The notes beneath the pieces were generated by a model. It was not told where the DNA came from and ran no database searches. It worked only from the letters and a program-made list of their open reading frames with translations. Positions 29,201 through 43,669 of a stretch of DNA of 64,000 nt are shown piece after piece. Source of the DNA: Klebsormidium nitens (lineage: Eukaryota; Plantae; Klebsormidiophyceae); assembly GCA_000708835.1 (NCBI GenBank), contig DF237447.1, forward strand, positions 1 to 64,000, given 5' to 3'. How positions within the stretch are numbered: the first letter of the stretch is position 1; each line of letters starts with the position of its first letter. The translations under genes and the position numbers were made by a program.

Positions 29201-32200
29201 AATCCCTGTAACAACAGCGCTGAAAGCTAAATCAGGAAGTATCTGACCAATGGTGACTTGCAGCAAATATCCGGTGGGTTTTGAAGGGCGGACACGGCAC
29301 AAGAGGGGATGATACTCGCGCACTTCACCAGCTGACCGCAAAAATCAAAAATCAAAAGTAAAATGGATCCAAGCCGACGTGTTCATGACGGCAAGCAAGG
29401 ATTCCTTTGCCTTGAATCACGAACCTGTAAATGCTACTTGTCACCAGGCATTGGCTTCGCCAAGAATAAATCTCGTCATGAGCAAAGTTCAAGGAGATCA
29501 TCATCATGGCCGTGCAAAATTCTGCATCCCCGACAAATTGCTAACCAGGACTACTTATACTTCAACGCGTGTCTGACTGGATTCAAGTGGAGACTTCACC
29601 GAATTCTGAGTGACTCGCTTGTTGGAGGAATAATTTACCGAGCTGATTGCATGTGAGTCGAACAAGCTCCTAGCGAGATACGAATGGTCGGTCGCAGTTC
29701 CGCAAAAAGTAGTGTGTTTTGCGATCAACGAACAGGGATGAGGCGTGCAAGGGAGGGTGAATCCACTTAGTACAGTCCAATAAAGACGGTATACTGACTC
29801 TCGCGGGTTCAAAACGACCGCATCATGGGCCAAGCCGACTAGCTCGGAGATTATGACCATCCACGCGAAGGTGCCTGTTCATTCTACATCTCGATCAGTT
29901 ACAAAGTAAAAGGCGGGCCATCAAAGCGCCTCCGTAACTGGAATACTAGAAAACCTGGGCAACGAGTTCAAGATCTTGGCATCTCAGCTAGCTTACGGCT
30001 GCTCTGTAAACCTACTCATGCAAAGCACCCCTGCGCCAGCAACATACTACTTACTCATCTGATGGGTTGAGATCAATGAACCAGCTCTGAAGAGGAATCG
30101 GCAACATGAGCAACACACGTCAGCCGAAACCTAAGGTGATAGTATCCTGAACGAACATCCGCTGGTCGTCCAGTGACAAGAGCTCCAGACACGGAGATTA
30201 GAAAGAGCATCTTAAGACCTCTACAAGCAAAAGGCCGAAACTCATGCGGTGCTGGACGGATGTTTCCCGTGTTTTACATCAAAAACACCGAAGATATAGG
30301 GGACGAGAAAATAAATAGTCGGTGATCCAGGATGCCCCCCATGTACTCATTACGCTGTCGCAAAGCAAACGGGTACTCAATCAAACAAGACGCGGTCCAC
30401 GACTGTACACCCATCTTTTCAACCATCTGAAGGTTGATCGTCTCGAGAGGCAGAAGTAGACTGGGTGAAGGCAGCTAGCACCATGAGAAGGAAAGCAAGG
30501 AGATGGGGAAGCAGAACGGCTCCAGTCACGAGTCGCTCCGAGTTTTCCGGCCGCCTGCCAACGACGGAGTCAACATGATTCGATAAACGGATATTCGAAT
30601 TGAAGGGATCTCCAAACGTACGTGATTCCCGCTGAATGATTTTAGCTTCACGTGACCGTGCATCTAATGGTTTTGGAGACGTGAAAGTCGAGGCCAGAAA
30701 GCGCATGATATACACGGACAATGCAAGCGAAGCGGACTCATCAAAGCGACCAGCATGTAGGGTGGAGATACCCCACTAAATGGTGACAACGGGTAAGGAA
30801 TTGAGCTTGGACATGCAACACGGCATTGCATCGTCACCTCAGGCTTTCCAGCGTCGGTTCGAGCAGAAGTCCGAAGTTGACTAAATTAACGGACTCATGT
30901 TGCTCAATAAAGTGCTGTTGATGATCATCTTGATCCTTGCACGTTCGTTTGATGGACACAAACAACCACTTGGCTGAAGCCAAGTCTTTGGTCATCCGTG
31001 CCGTCCACAAAATCGAGGCTCTGAAAAATCATAATGTCCAAACCACTTGATTGAGATTGACAAAATGGCCTCAACGTTTTTCCGACAAATTTGTAGAAAA
31101 TGAAAGCGAATTGCCTCAGGTGACCTTGGAGGGACGCGCGTTCGAGGTAGCCAAGCACGTCACTGAGACCTAAGCTCATCGCGACGGGCACTCACATGTG
31201 CATCGACCCGTTGACGTAGGGTAGGTACGTATGTGGATGCCAGTTAGCAGTGTGGACTTGCGATTGTAGCTGCTTGTGAATTCTGGATGTGACGAGGGGA
31301 TAATCGAGGCCACAACAGCCGCAAGTGAACATACGATCAGTGCCTACGGTCCCGAAAGCTACATCACGCAGGGAACGACTTCCACCAGGCTGATACGAAG
31401 TTCACGATCAACCAAGTGAGGTGCAAACGGACTGAGACAAAAAAACAGCTGGCGGCATATGCTAACTGGAGAATCAACTTGTTGGGCAAACTAACGTGTG
31501 CCAGTCGCCCACATCATCCGATCATCCTTGCCGCTTGGTAATGGGGAAAGAAACAGAAGCAGGAGAACACCGAGACTGCACTGGCTACATACCGTCCGCA
31601 CGACGGTGCGTACCAGATGCATAATTTCTTGTGACTTGAAAACGGCAAAGGAGCCAAGACGAAGCATGGTCAACAGATGTCGCGAGGATGTTACAAGGAG
31701 GCTCCGGAACATCAATAGTAGATTGTGTAATCGACCTTCCGGCAACGACGTGTTCGAAACTCACCTTCCCCTCTACGGAGCTTTTGTCGCTGAAAACACG
31801 ACACGCTTCCCAGCCCAAGTAGCCACTGCCACATTGCAGCACCCAATCAAATGGCGCAAGGGCAGTGTTAGTACTTCCAAAGTAATGGTGGCAAGCTGCA
31901 ATGTTTTGGGATGGGTTGCGGCAGTTCCGACGGGCCCGCGCAAACAGTGCGCAGCGTTACAGTCGAAAAAGCTGGAGGACGCTAAAAACTGACTCCTACG
32001 TGGCAGTTGCCAGCTTGTATCCAATAATGTGAATCATCCAGGAATCAGACTCCAGGTATATCTACGGCGTCGACTCCGAAAAGTTCACAATCAAGTGCGC
32101 GATGCGCAGGGAGCGTAAACGACTCTTCATGACCGAACTCATTGAGCAGGTAGGTGGCCAGGGACAGTCTCCACATCCACTCCAAGACATCATTTCTTCC

Positions 32201-35200
32201 AAGGTCTAAGATCAATCTGAAACACAGACGAGAAACTACCCAAGCGAACGAACATGGGTTGAAAAGGAGCAATTGCAGACCACGGTCTTCCAAGCAAAGA
32301 TTGAAAAGTAGCGCGCAAATGCGCGCGGCATCAGGTCCTAAGAAAAGCTGCCAGTGAGCAGCCAGAAGGGCGCCAATCCTCACCGAACACATAGCTTACG
32401 ATTCGGCCAACTGCTGTTGTGAGCATTCTTAGAGAAGCATACATGTGATTCCGGAGCAGCCCAGTGAAACAAATGTGATTCTTGTGATCGACGGAATGTG
32501 GCGACCCCATCAAGCATTGAGTCGAGCAGCTTGGACGTGCCTGCGGCTTAATGTGCAGGTTTGGAATCGTCTCAACCTCCAACATCCTTGTGATTGTATG
32601 CCCTAAGGAATTGCGTATACATCGATCAGATTGTTTAGCAATCCCAAGATTTATCACTTGGAAGGTAGAAACGCACAACACCATCCATGCATGTGTGCGC
32701 GGCTAGGGGCATGTGTGAATAGGGAACTCCAGTGGGCAGAACAACAGATGCCCGAATGCCCCTTTCATCCTTGCCGCTTGGTAACGAGGACAGACACAGA
32801 AGCCCGGCATCATCAGATAGGTAGTGAAAAACTTTCAGGAACAGTGCGGGCTACAATTGCTGAATTGTAGCCCGCACTCAGTTGAACTCGGCGAGAACAC
32901 TTATGCAGAAGAACGCGTTCATTGCCTGAAGCATTCACAAGCTGGCCCGAAACACCTACTCGGATGCAAGACAGCCCCCAAAGACCTTAATCGCCTCTAT
33001 GAAGCTTCCGCATCGATGACAAATTCAGACACTTCTAGCTGAATTCTAGTGTAGTAAGCGCCGTCGCACCCATGCCGCGACGGCAACCGGACATTCACGC
33101 GGTGCTGGCGGCGACCCCAAAATCTGACCTGAATCTGCAGATTTCATTGTAACCCAGTGCCAAGCGAAGGGAAGGTATTCGAACAATTATGACAACGTAG
33201 CGGCAGGCCGATGGGCCACTGCTAAGTGGCAGGCTCTACAAGCTATGGGCTTTTCGTTCCGCAATATTTCATCCGAAAGAAGCAAGCTCCCACTGGTTCG
33301 GCTCTGACCACGGATCAACATCCAGTGCGCGGATCGCAGGGGTTGGACTTACATCATTGCCGAAGTCCGCCAAATCAAGCAAGATAGCCCAAAACCTGAT
33401 CAAATGGCGCTCTTACAACGGCGCTTTCCAACTTACTGTGGCGCAAGGGCAAGGTAACAAGTTCCACTGCCAGTTGTAAGCGGTTTCAGGGCTTTCATGA
33501 AAAAGACGGTAACAAAGTGGTAAAAGCATCTCTCGTTAGTGAATCAGCTTCATAAGAAGGCTGAAGCGGGCTCAAAACTCCACGACAATTACCCTTGGGG
33601 GCAGGTGCTTCCTGCCAAGGTCTTGCATCGTCATGGCCCACAAGAAAACTGTGGCTGCAAGAGGCCCGCAAGAGGGCTCTTGTGAACTTGTTCAGATCGT
33701 CGACGTTTGCTAAGCTCGGTCAGTACACGGATACCTTGCAAACAATTGTAAACGGCGATTCTCCAAAACAGCTGGTCTCCATCAAGCCGGTAATTAAAGG
33801 GCCAGCTTGCACTGCAAAGAGTTGTATCTCTCTTATCCCAAATATGTGGATGCCACTCCCAACCTAACCACCATCAGAATGGCGCAATGAGGAGAACATC
33901 CAGGCAGACCAAACGGCAGAAAATGAAAGCTTGGCGATGACAACCCAAGCTTTACGCTTGAGCCGAGTGCCATCTTGAGATGACTCATTTTTGTAGAAAG
34001 GGACTCGAGCGCGTCCAAAGGCTTAATCCACATCATATGAAGGTATAAGCTCCAGAACGTTGGATGGCATCCCCAGAGAGGGAAAGCTGGTGTGAGACGA
34101 AACAGCTCACCAATTTCATTATCATCATGGCCACGGAAAAAGCGGAGATGGACTTTCCACTACAACTGCTCCGAAAGCCGACCGTAAATGCGCGAATGCA
34201 AAACCTATTTCAAAGTAACCTCAGCGACGGAACTGGAAGAGGAGGGAAGCGGATCAGAATCAAAGGCGCATGCCCGCTTCCGACCGTGCCGGACTCCGAT
34301 CAGGCGTTCTAAGAACGACAGACTGTGAGCAATCATGAGCCCATGTCCGCAAAAAGCCGGTTGAAACAACGACGTGTATGAAAGTCCCCACGTTCTGAAT
34401 ATATACCTGTTGCTCTAACCGTTGATGGAACCGCCGCAAATCTTTCCCGCACACATTGCCATTGGGTGATGTTGACGCCCCAGCCGTTATGAGGCACATA
34501 AACTCGTTGCCAAAAGCAGCACACGCTAGACGCGTTTAGCGGAAAGAAGACATAACTTCGTAGGCTAGGCGGTGTCAATTGCCCGTTTCGGATCTGCCGC
34601 TTGGGCGATTAAGACCGAAAGCACGGGGTCAGCCGGTTAATTGCCGACCTTTTGCAGCTGTTTTCGATCCCCCGGAGTTCCCGCAACTGTATTTGGACAA
34701 CTTGAAGCATCTGGAAATTCTGAAGCGTGGTCATCAGTGCAAACGAGGGGCCCTTATAAGCAGAAAAAAGAAACGGGCGGGCTCTACAGATCGCCAACGT
34801 GTGAGACGCCTTCAACCCTTGAAAGATGAAAGCAAGCGAGTGCCTTGAACTTCAACCTACGTGGCGACACCCTTAAAAGTGCGCGCTTCGATGCTACTTG
34901 TAACTCAAGGCACCGGCTTAGGCGGGAGTACCCAACGACCCGTTGAGCTACACTCATCAAGGAGGACCTTCCTCATTGCCCTGTAATATTTTTCGAAGCA
35001 TTCAAGCATGGGGAGTGAGGACGCCTGAAGCCAAAAATTTGCATATCGACTCCAGGGAGGTCATGCAGCCCGTGGCAGACGTCAGAAGTTTCCAGACATA
35101 GTAAAGCAAGAACAACGTAGAGCAAGAAGAGCTAGCAGGATGAATTGGAAGACCTATATATCTAACGAGGCGGCCGACCATTAGCCCAGTCGCCCGTTTC

Positions 35201-36559
35201 TTTCTCGGTTGGTACTGGTATTAGAATGAAAGCACAGCCGGCCGGACTCCTTGTTGAACGACTTCGCGCGACGACAACATTATCACCAGATGCATAACGA
35301 AGTGTTGTTGGAATTGACGAGGAGGCGATTGCGAAAGAAGACGTGTTGATACCCTGTCAATCTCGCAAGCAGACTGAGAAATTTAAGGTGGCAGACTACA
35401 GCTTCCTATGACGACGTCTAAAACAACAACTATAAAAGAGCCTTCGTGTCGACGACTACACGACACGCTCTGGATTAAGTGAGCACCTTGGAAATGCTGC
35501 AGCAGCCGATCCACTTCCTCCAAGGTAAGCTGATCGTTGCCCCGGTGCTGGCAGCAAATAGTAAGATTTAGCCGGCACTTACAACAAGGCGCTAGCAAAA
35601 GCTGCTCAGAGATCAGAGCGAAGCTCGAGGCGGGATTCAAACACAATTGCGGGCAGGCGCACCACCGCGGCCAATTGGCAGCCGGATTCCAAAACTAAGG
35701 TTTGAAGGTTCTTGTTTTGATTGAGAAGCTCCCCTTGCCTTTGGGTATCGGCTCCGACAGGAGAGTTTCTGCGCAAAGCAATTGAACACACAGCATCAAC
35801 GATGTCATGCCGTCTCATCCCCGACAGCAAGTGGTAGTCTCCATGCCAAGACATAGTGTTCTGCAATTTAAATTTATTGGTTGGCAAGCGTTGCGGGACT
35901 AGCCTACGAGAACCACACATCAGGGTTGAACCGGAGCGGTTTTTCACCTAAGCTATGCCAAGTTGTGATGGATCAAAAGCAACCGTCTGCAATTGCGTGG
36001 CGTCAGAATCAAAGATGGAGCGTGTGAACAGCCTTTAGGCAGACATATCTCTGCCACTCAACACTTTCAGTCATTTTTGCAACTAGAAAATGCTACGCCT
36101 GCTTGCTAGCAATCTTGCCGCCTCAAAAAGCCCCCTTGATCATCGACGAGCCGGAGCGTGATTTGAAGAGCTGGTCGCTGGAGTGATATCGCAGCACGGA
36201 AACAAAATTTGGAAAGCCAGTGTCGTTGCAAGGATCCGTAACGGTTGTCCCGAGTAGCTTAGATGCCTACGGCTAATAGTGTGCCGGGTCACGAGTCTTG
36301 CAGTTGGTACAGCAACCAGTGGGCTAGCTGATTGCGCATTCACAAGGGTCACAAAATCGTCACATACACGGAAACCTGACAGATTCAAAAGCAGAGACGC
36401 TTGCAGACGTGATAAAAGTCCAATGCCTACGCAGGGAACAATCATAGTGTCAAGTTCGGCCAGTGATCCAAGACAATTAGTTTGTGAGCAGTTGTAGTTG
36501 TCTTTTTAAACGTGCAACTACTAGGCGGCCAGCTTTCGACGCTGCTTGGCTCCACAAAC

Positions 36560-37680
36560 AACGGTGGAGCCACCGGAAGGGGGGCCTAGCTCCTAATAAG
36601 AGAGGTTGAGTCTGGACATGGTTGCAAGCAATCAGCTAAGGCCAGTTGTCTCATACATCACTTTGCGGCATCACACAATTGAAGATCGGAGAAGGTTCGG
36701 GTAGCACAAGTACATGCCCGACAAGTCCATCCGCTCATTGCCACTTTGGACAAAACAGCCCAATCAAAGTTACCCGCCCACTTGAGAAACATACCCCGTC
36801 TTTTTGCGAATTGCCCGCAGGGCAGATACGGCGACAGGTGTCATGAACATGCAGCCAGACTGATGCAAGGGCCAGGCAGGGGAAGTCGGTGTCGCAAACA
36901 GGTGTAAGTGGTCTTGTCTGATCAATTTCACGACCAGGACGACCTAGCAAACACAAATAGATGAATCGGTACAATGGCACACCTTCATAGAGCATATTGT
37001 AGACGATGGTGAGAATGGACAAAGCTACCTGTAATGACACCTTACAAGCGGCGGTTTTTGGTCCAAAAATGCAGTGTTGTCGCCACAGAAACGGGTCATC
37101 AGCAAAATCATCTGGCGACGGATGTCTGAATCGTGGAAGCAGAATAATCATGTGTTTTGCTAGGCTGTCATCAAACAAAACAAGCGAAGTACACGAACGT
37201 TTTGCGCGGCAAACTTCCTGCTGACGAAAAAGTTAGTCAGCACTGCTCAACACATACCGAGTCTCTAAACTGGCCGCCAGTGCTTGCAAAAAGTCGGAAA
37301 CTTCCAAATCTGCGGTGCTTGTCCGTGTATGACTGTGTCTTAACGATCTGTCTATCATAGCCCTCCAGGTTAGTGTTTCCGACGCACGAATGGGACCCCA
37401 CAACTATAAGCCACCCGCGTGCCTCACTTGCTTAGTAGAACCCCTCTCCAGGTGGGCTAACGCAGACCGCCAGCAACATACAGGCTCGCGGGCAGTGATT
37501 GGCGGGGAACACACCTGGCAGAGAGAGGGGATAAATGAGGGAGATATGACTACATCAGCACGTTGTTCTGCACATCAACAAGACTGCTGCTTCCCCGAAA
37601 TGCGATGGAAGGCTGATGATAAACATACGCCGACAAGCGCATTGCGCTTCTTTTCTATGTCATCAATTGCAAGGCTTCAA
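36560..37680 (+). repeat. ~1.1-kb duplication, copy 1
   Basis: Collinear with ~41170-42290. Anchors: CAGCTAAGGCC 36633/41250, CTTTGCGGCATCACACAA 36661/41278, GTCGGTGTCGCAAACAGGTGTA 36885/41505, CCCTCTCCAGGT ~37442/~42045. Offset ~4.6 kb. Confidence 0.85.
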
Positions 37681-40600
37681 GAAACGTGCACAAAGTAGAG
37701 CGAGTAGAATGGAAGATGCGCAAAGAATAGCTTGGGCGCCGATTTTTCCAACAACTTCAGCCCAATTGTCCGCATGCCAAGTCTAAGCGAGACGAGTTGC
37801 AGCCAAATATGCCGCCCGTTTCTCACCTTCGCAACCAGGTTAGCCCTCCTACGAACGCCCGCCCAGACCGCTAAGCGTCCTGGCTCCTAATGCAGGTTGA
37901 TCCGCTCAGGTGATTGCAAGAGGACGCAACTGAGAAAATAGAAAAGGGCGTCAGAAAATGTTGCATCAGCCTTTGTTTGCAAGGATTGGACACGTCCTTC
38001 CCGCAGCTAGATGAGTGTGAGATTAGCGTAGACATTGTCAAAGCTGAATCGTAGCATACTTGCGAGCTATCTTTTGTATGGTAATACCCAAGACGTGAAA
38101 TCGCATCAACCCGCTCTCCAAACGAACAGTGACAGTCATTACACGCCTTAATCCCTCGACGGTATGCGAGGTTAACCTCGTAGAATTCAACAAGGAGTTG
38201 CGAGATGGCCATAAGGCAGTTTCCGCGCCTGTCATGCCCACGTGGTAGCCACACGTGGAGTTTACGCGCGTGGCGACCCGATGCCGAGTTTTCGCATGAT
38301 TGAACACTGGTTCGAATGTTCAGATTGTGAATTGAGCATCGGCTTCAGTACGTACCCCAAATCGACTATTGAGCGGAAGCTCAAGGAAGGGACCTCATCA
38401 TAGCCTCGTCGTACACTCGATGTACATGACCATGTAACCGGTGAGGCAGGCCCTAAATCCGTACCCTTTGCTCGAGTATATCGGGTGTGCAGAAGTTACT
38501 GCTATTCAAGTCTACAAGACAGTTGAAGCAGCTTTCAGCTAAACATTCAAACATGGGCAGGCAAACCGGTGTCGAGAGAACATCTCATCCTTGCCACCTG
38601 GCAAAGAGAAGGAAAGCGCGGGGTCGACTCTTCGCCCAAATTGAAAAAGGTTCCGCACCGACAGCAATGTCGCTGAATAACACGTAAACTGGCCAAGTGC
38701 AAAATGGACTGGACAGATTTCTTGTAAGCTATAAAGAACGGACATCCGGACAAGAAAGGGGATGAGCCAAACGTTGACGAGCAAACCGGCCGGCTCGTCG
38801 AGATTGACATTAAGTGGATTGCCCATGATAACAACGGTACGCAAGCACTCTTGCCTTAGACACGTGGCCACAGGACGCCTAGTTAGTCGCCTCTCGACAA
38901 GAATATAAGATGCTAAGACGTGTATCGGGAGCATTGGCTTAATTAAGCGGGTTGTCAAACAATCTCACGTGAGCGCAGCACAAGGGATGAACCTCATCAT
39001 GGCCATGTACTTCTGAAAATGCATACCGGGCGAGACATCCAGATTACTAAACCTGTATTCAAGTACTCTTATATAGGGACTTCAATAGTCAACTCCTGAA
39101 AAACCACTCGTGGCTGCGCGCAAAGGAGCCCCGGAGACACTTGGTAACTTTATGGCTAACAACATCCATTTGCACAGCCAGAGACGAGAGTCGAGAACTA
39201 GTGCGAATAAACGGCGTCGGATCGAGCAAGGATCTGTTGGCTGGGGTGCCTTACGGCGCTCGGGCTGTCACTTGCCACAAACGAAAGGGAGACTGCTTGA
39301 AGAGTGAAGGTACGTTTGGTAGTGTTCACCTATGCTGGCGGCTTCAGACAAATGTTGAAGAGATGATTTTGCGCTGAAGCCCTAAAAACACACTCGTCAT
39401 TGCCGTTTATCTGACACATCCTTTGTAAAAAGTCTTCAAACGACTTCCAAAAGAGTCACTAAATGGGGCGGCTTTGAGTTCACGTTTAGCGAACACACAA
39501 AGCCCTAATCTCGCCACAGATGACGGGCGCTCACACAGATCTGTAGACATGAGAGGTTTCATATACTGGAAAAGAAATTGTACACATCCAGACCAACTTG
39601 GCAAGGAATTACTAATCAGACTCGTGGGCTGATTGTTTCAAGAATCGCTGCTTTCAATATCCGCTTTTTGCAATCCACATATGGTGATCGGGGGATATGG
39701 TGGAAGCCACAGCCACCGCAGGCAGATTCAAATGTCACGGCCGCGCAAGCTAAGTGCATGAAACGTCTTTGATCAGGTCGATACCCATCTCAAAGTTCAG
39801 TCTCATACATGCAACCGCAATGGGCGAAAGTACCTGGCGGCATATGCTAAAGGCAAAACCTGAAGCGGCCTGGGTGAACTCGCGGGTGCGGCCCAGTCGC
39901 CCACATCATCCTTGCCGCTTGGTCCCAAGAACAAACTTGAAACCGTTTTCCCAAATTTTCTAGATCAAGGAGTCTCTCAAAAAAGAAGCAAGTGTCTCAG
40001 GGTTCGAAAACAATCAGGTTTTTGAAAGCTCTGGACCCCAAAATAAACCATTGCAAGCATTAACCAGGCACGATAGGTGAGTTGCGGATTCGCTGCATTC
40101 CAACGACTCTCAAAAGTTCACAGAGCAATGCTCTCAACGGATGGCTCCTTTGGACCTGACCAAACGACGAGTCACAGTTGTGCGGTGAAGCAGTGACGGT
40201 ACAAACGGTGATCGCATGCTCACTTGTGCAACAAAGACGGATGAGAGCAAAACGGAACCGCTTGTCCGAATGACAGGGTAAACAACTTGAAATTGGAGCT
40301 GGCTTCGAAGTCTGAGGGACAAGAGATTGATGGGCCCGGTGTTCCCTGCCCCGTCCCCTTGTCGTCCTGGTCGACAAACGCCTGTAACGCTACGAGAGGA
40401 CTCATGCGCCTGTGTTCCAGAAATCGACGAGTCGACAAACTTGTGCTTGAATGAGCTTTAGCACCCGCTAAAAGGAAGAGAAAGGCGCACGTTTGCATGG
40501 CCAAAGTAGAGGTTTGCAGCACTTCTTCTAATCTTGTTGTTATACTAAGGGCCCGACCCCTTAACCAGGGTCGAAGCTGCCTTTAGAGAATTTAAGAACG

Positions 40601-41169
40601 CGACAAAATGCGCTCTAGCACAAAGGCGGCTGATATCTGGTACTACAGATTTTGCGAGCAATTTGCCAACTTTTGATAACTCGAACGGGTTGAAGCGCTC
40701 TTAGAGTAGTTCCATCTCAAGAAGATGGGGGTCAAACTTACGCAAAGACGAATTGGCTTCTGTGACACTGGTACAAGTGAGTTTGAACACCTCACCAAAT
40801 TTGTTCTCATCATTGCCACGGAAGAACCCAATGAGCGAAGACTGCGGATTGCACGTGCTATGAACTGCGCACACTACATGATTAGAGACGAATTTTCAAG
40901 AGAAAGGCTCATTCAGCGCCTTAAAACTCAGAGGAGAACGAATGCAATTCAAACTTTAAAAGCGCATGGACGCTTCGGCCCAGGCTGGACAATATCATGT
41001 TATTATGCAGATGACTACTAAATCAGGAGCGCTTGAGCAAGTGACAAATCGTCCCGTGTCCTTGCAAGGGACGGTTATTTACGTCGCCGGCAATCAAGAA
41101 CCCGTCTGTGAGCACACTGCCCCCGTTAATTGCGCGCAACCGTTGACCAGCATCCAACGTTGCTTAGCT

Positions 41170-42290
41170 TCACGGTGGTAGCCACCGGAAGGAGGTGCTC
41201 AATGCGAAGATGGTTGCAGCTTCAATGGACATGCATGGTGGCAGGAGACCAGCTAAGGCCAACTCTCTGATAGAATGCTTTGCGGCATCACACAAAGGAA
41301 AGAAGGGAGCTTTGGGTAGCACAAGTGGGCCCCGACGGCTCCCTTTGCATCATCGCCACTTTGGTCAAAAAGAAGAGCGCCCAATGGAAGCTACCCCCCA
41401 AATCGACAACAAACCCCGTCCTTTTGGCGGATTCCCGCAAAGCAGACGCGGCGTCGGGAGTGAGAACGTGCAGCCAAACCGATACAGAGGCAAGGCCAGG
41501 AAGTGTCGGTGTCGCAAACAGGTGTATTTGGTCCCGTCAAGTTCGAATTCACGACTTGAATAACATGCGTACACAAAAGGATCAAGTGTCAAACGGCACG
41601 TTTTAAGAAGCAGGCTGAAGACAATGGTTTGCAGTCAAATAGAAGCGAACTGTATTGACACGTCACAAGCGGCATCACTGTGACGGAGCATGCTTTGCTG
41701 TTGGTATACAAATGGTTATCAGCAGATAATCTGGGGACAATCTCACTCGGGAACGTGAAATGAGTTTGTGTCAAACAGGCTGCCATTGATAGAACGGGTG
41801 AACTACATGGCTGTTGCACACGCAATCTTCTTCCGAACCAGGAAATACACCCCTCAGCACAAATAACCTTCCTCGCTTGGCCTTTTCTTGCGAAAATAGT
41901 GTAATCCCTAACTTACGGTGGTGTTACCTGTATGACCGTGACTCGGCAATCTCTGAATCTTGAACCTCTGATCAGCATTTGCGACGTACAGATGTCTACG
42001 GCCCGATTTATGTGCGACCTGTGGCTTACTTGCTTGGTAGAAAGCCCTCTCCAGGTAGGCCGTCGCCGACCGCCAGCAATGTGTTGGCTCGCAAGGCGAA
42101 ACGTGAGCAGTAGTTGGCACACAACTGGCAAGAGAGAACGAGTTGAGTGAGAAATGACAACATCAGCACATAGATCCGCACATGAACAAGACTACTGCAA
42201 CTCAAATCTCCAATTTAAAGATCATTCAAGGTAGACAAATGCGTTCCGCTCTTTTTGAGTGTTCAAAATCAGGAAGGGAAAAGAGCAAAA
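41170..42290 (+). repeat. ~1.1-kb duplication, copy 2
   Basis: Paralog of ~36560-37680; same anchors. Confidence 0.85.
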
Positions 42291-43669
42291 GTGAAACACA
42301 ATGTGAAAACGTCCAAGAAGTATGGTGGACAGACAGTCCCAGCTCCCTAAACGCTCATATGTGCGCGGAGCTGAAGCATCGCAACAACGGACTTCCGCAT
42401 GCCTCATGAGGCATGGCCCTGAATTTGAGTGTCCGATTTGCAGGGCACGGCAAGCACGAGGACTTAGGCTCCGCCAGGTGGCAATAGGTTCAAGTTACTT
42501 AACCTTCGCATGAAAATCCCTTGCTCTTCAAGCATAGGCATCAGCTTCGGCAAATCCACACAGAATTCTCCTGAGCTGCGCTCAAGAATTGGACCTCATC
42601 ATGGCCGTGCAAGATCCAGCCTCCGCTAACCATGAAAGCTTTGAGGACCGCATGTTAGCAAAAACTTTCTCCGTTGGTCTGTCATATCTCTTGTAGGGAG
42701 TATGTACGCCAAGAAACCGTGCAGGTAGCCAAGACAAACCGAACAGCGCTTGACCGCAAAGTCGTACAAATTTGACACCAAACACACCAGGTTGGTTGCG
42801 GACATGCGGCATCAGATGGTTCCCAGCAATCGGTGAGCTCCCTCAAGGCACTCCATTCCTTGCCACCAACTAGTGGGTTGCAGCGGATGACGGAAAGAAA
42901 ACCAGTGGTACAGTCGACAAATGATCGTGGACGCTGGCGCGTTTAAGAAACCATCACTCGTCCTTGCAACAAGCGCAAGAGTCTGATCACCATCTCGTCA
43001 TATAGTCGCAGACATCAAGACGTCATATCAGGATGCGATTTGAAAGAACAAACGGGGAGTCACGAAGCAAAAGGCCGGTGATCAAAAGCTCCCAAGGCGA
43101 AAAACGCAGCCCAAAACCCAAAAGAGAATCTACGCATTACCGCACCCCGAGGTTTGCGGGAGAAATGAAGCCCCCAAGGGTAAACGGTAAGCGGTTTGTT
43201 TGCAGCACTTGATGAAAAAACTTCTTTGTTGAGCAGGAGTGTTGGACCGTCCGGCTGATTTGTATCCTAAACAAAGCCCCCTTATTCGTCTGATAGACTG
43301 CAAAAGAGTCATCCGACTCTGAAGGCAGCGAGACGAGGAGCTACAATTCAGATTTGATTCGAATGAGTCAGCTCAAACGGCGGTGACCTGATCGCGCAAC
43401 GTTAGCGAGGTCCGCAACACGGAGATGTCAAGTGCCCTTTCTGAAGCCCTTGCCGAACACGTCACTTCTGGACATCAAACCGCATCCTTGAGAAGCGAAT
43501 CTAGTAGCGAAAAGCTAATGTTGATAGTGCGGCACTGAAGAGATGCGTTTCAGCCCTTGTAATTCAATAATGCACTCTCAGACGGAGGAAGGGGTTCCGA
43601 TTAGGGAACTCCGCACGTTGGAAAGCTTGGGGCAGGCTCAGAATTGTTGGCAACAGACTGTTCATTGAG

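Noticed and set aside
31498-31992. 164-aa ORF with KVMVASCNVLG, similar to a LINE/EEP endonuclease first strand
   Set aside because: The motif is near the ORF end, no other endonuclease or reverse transcriptase motifs are present, and the ORF starts inside an array unit.
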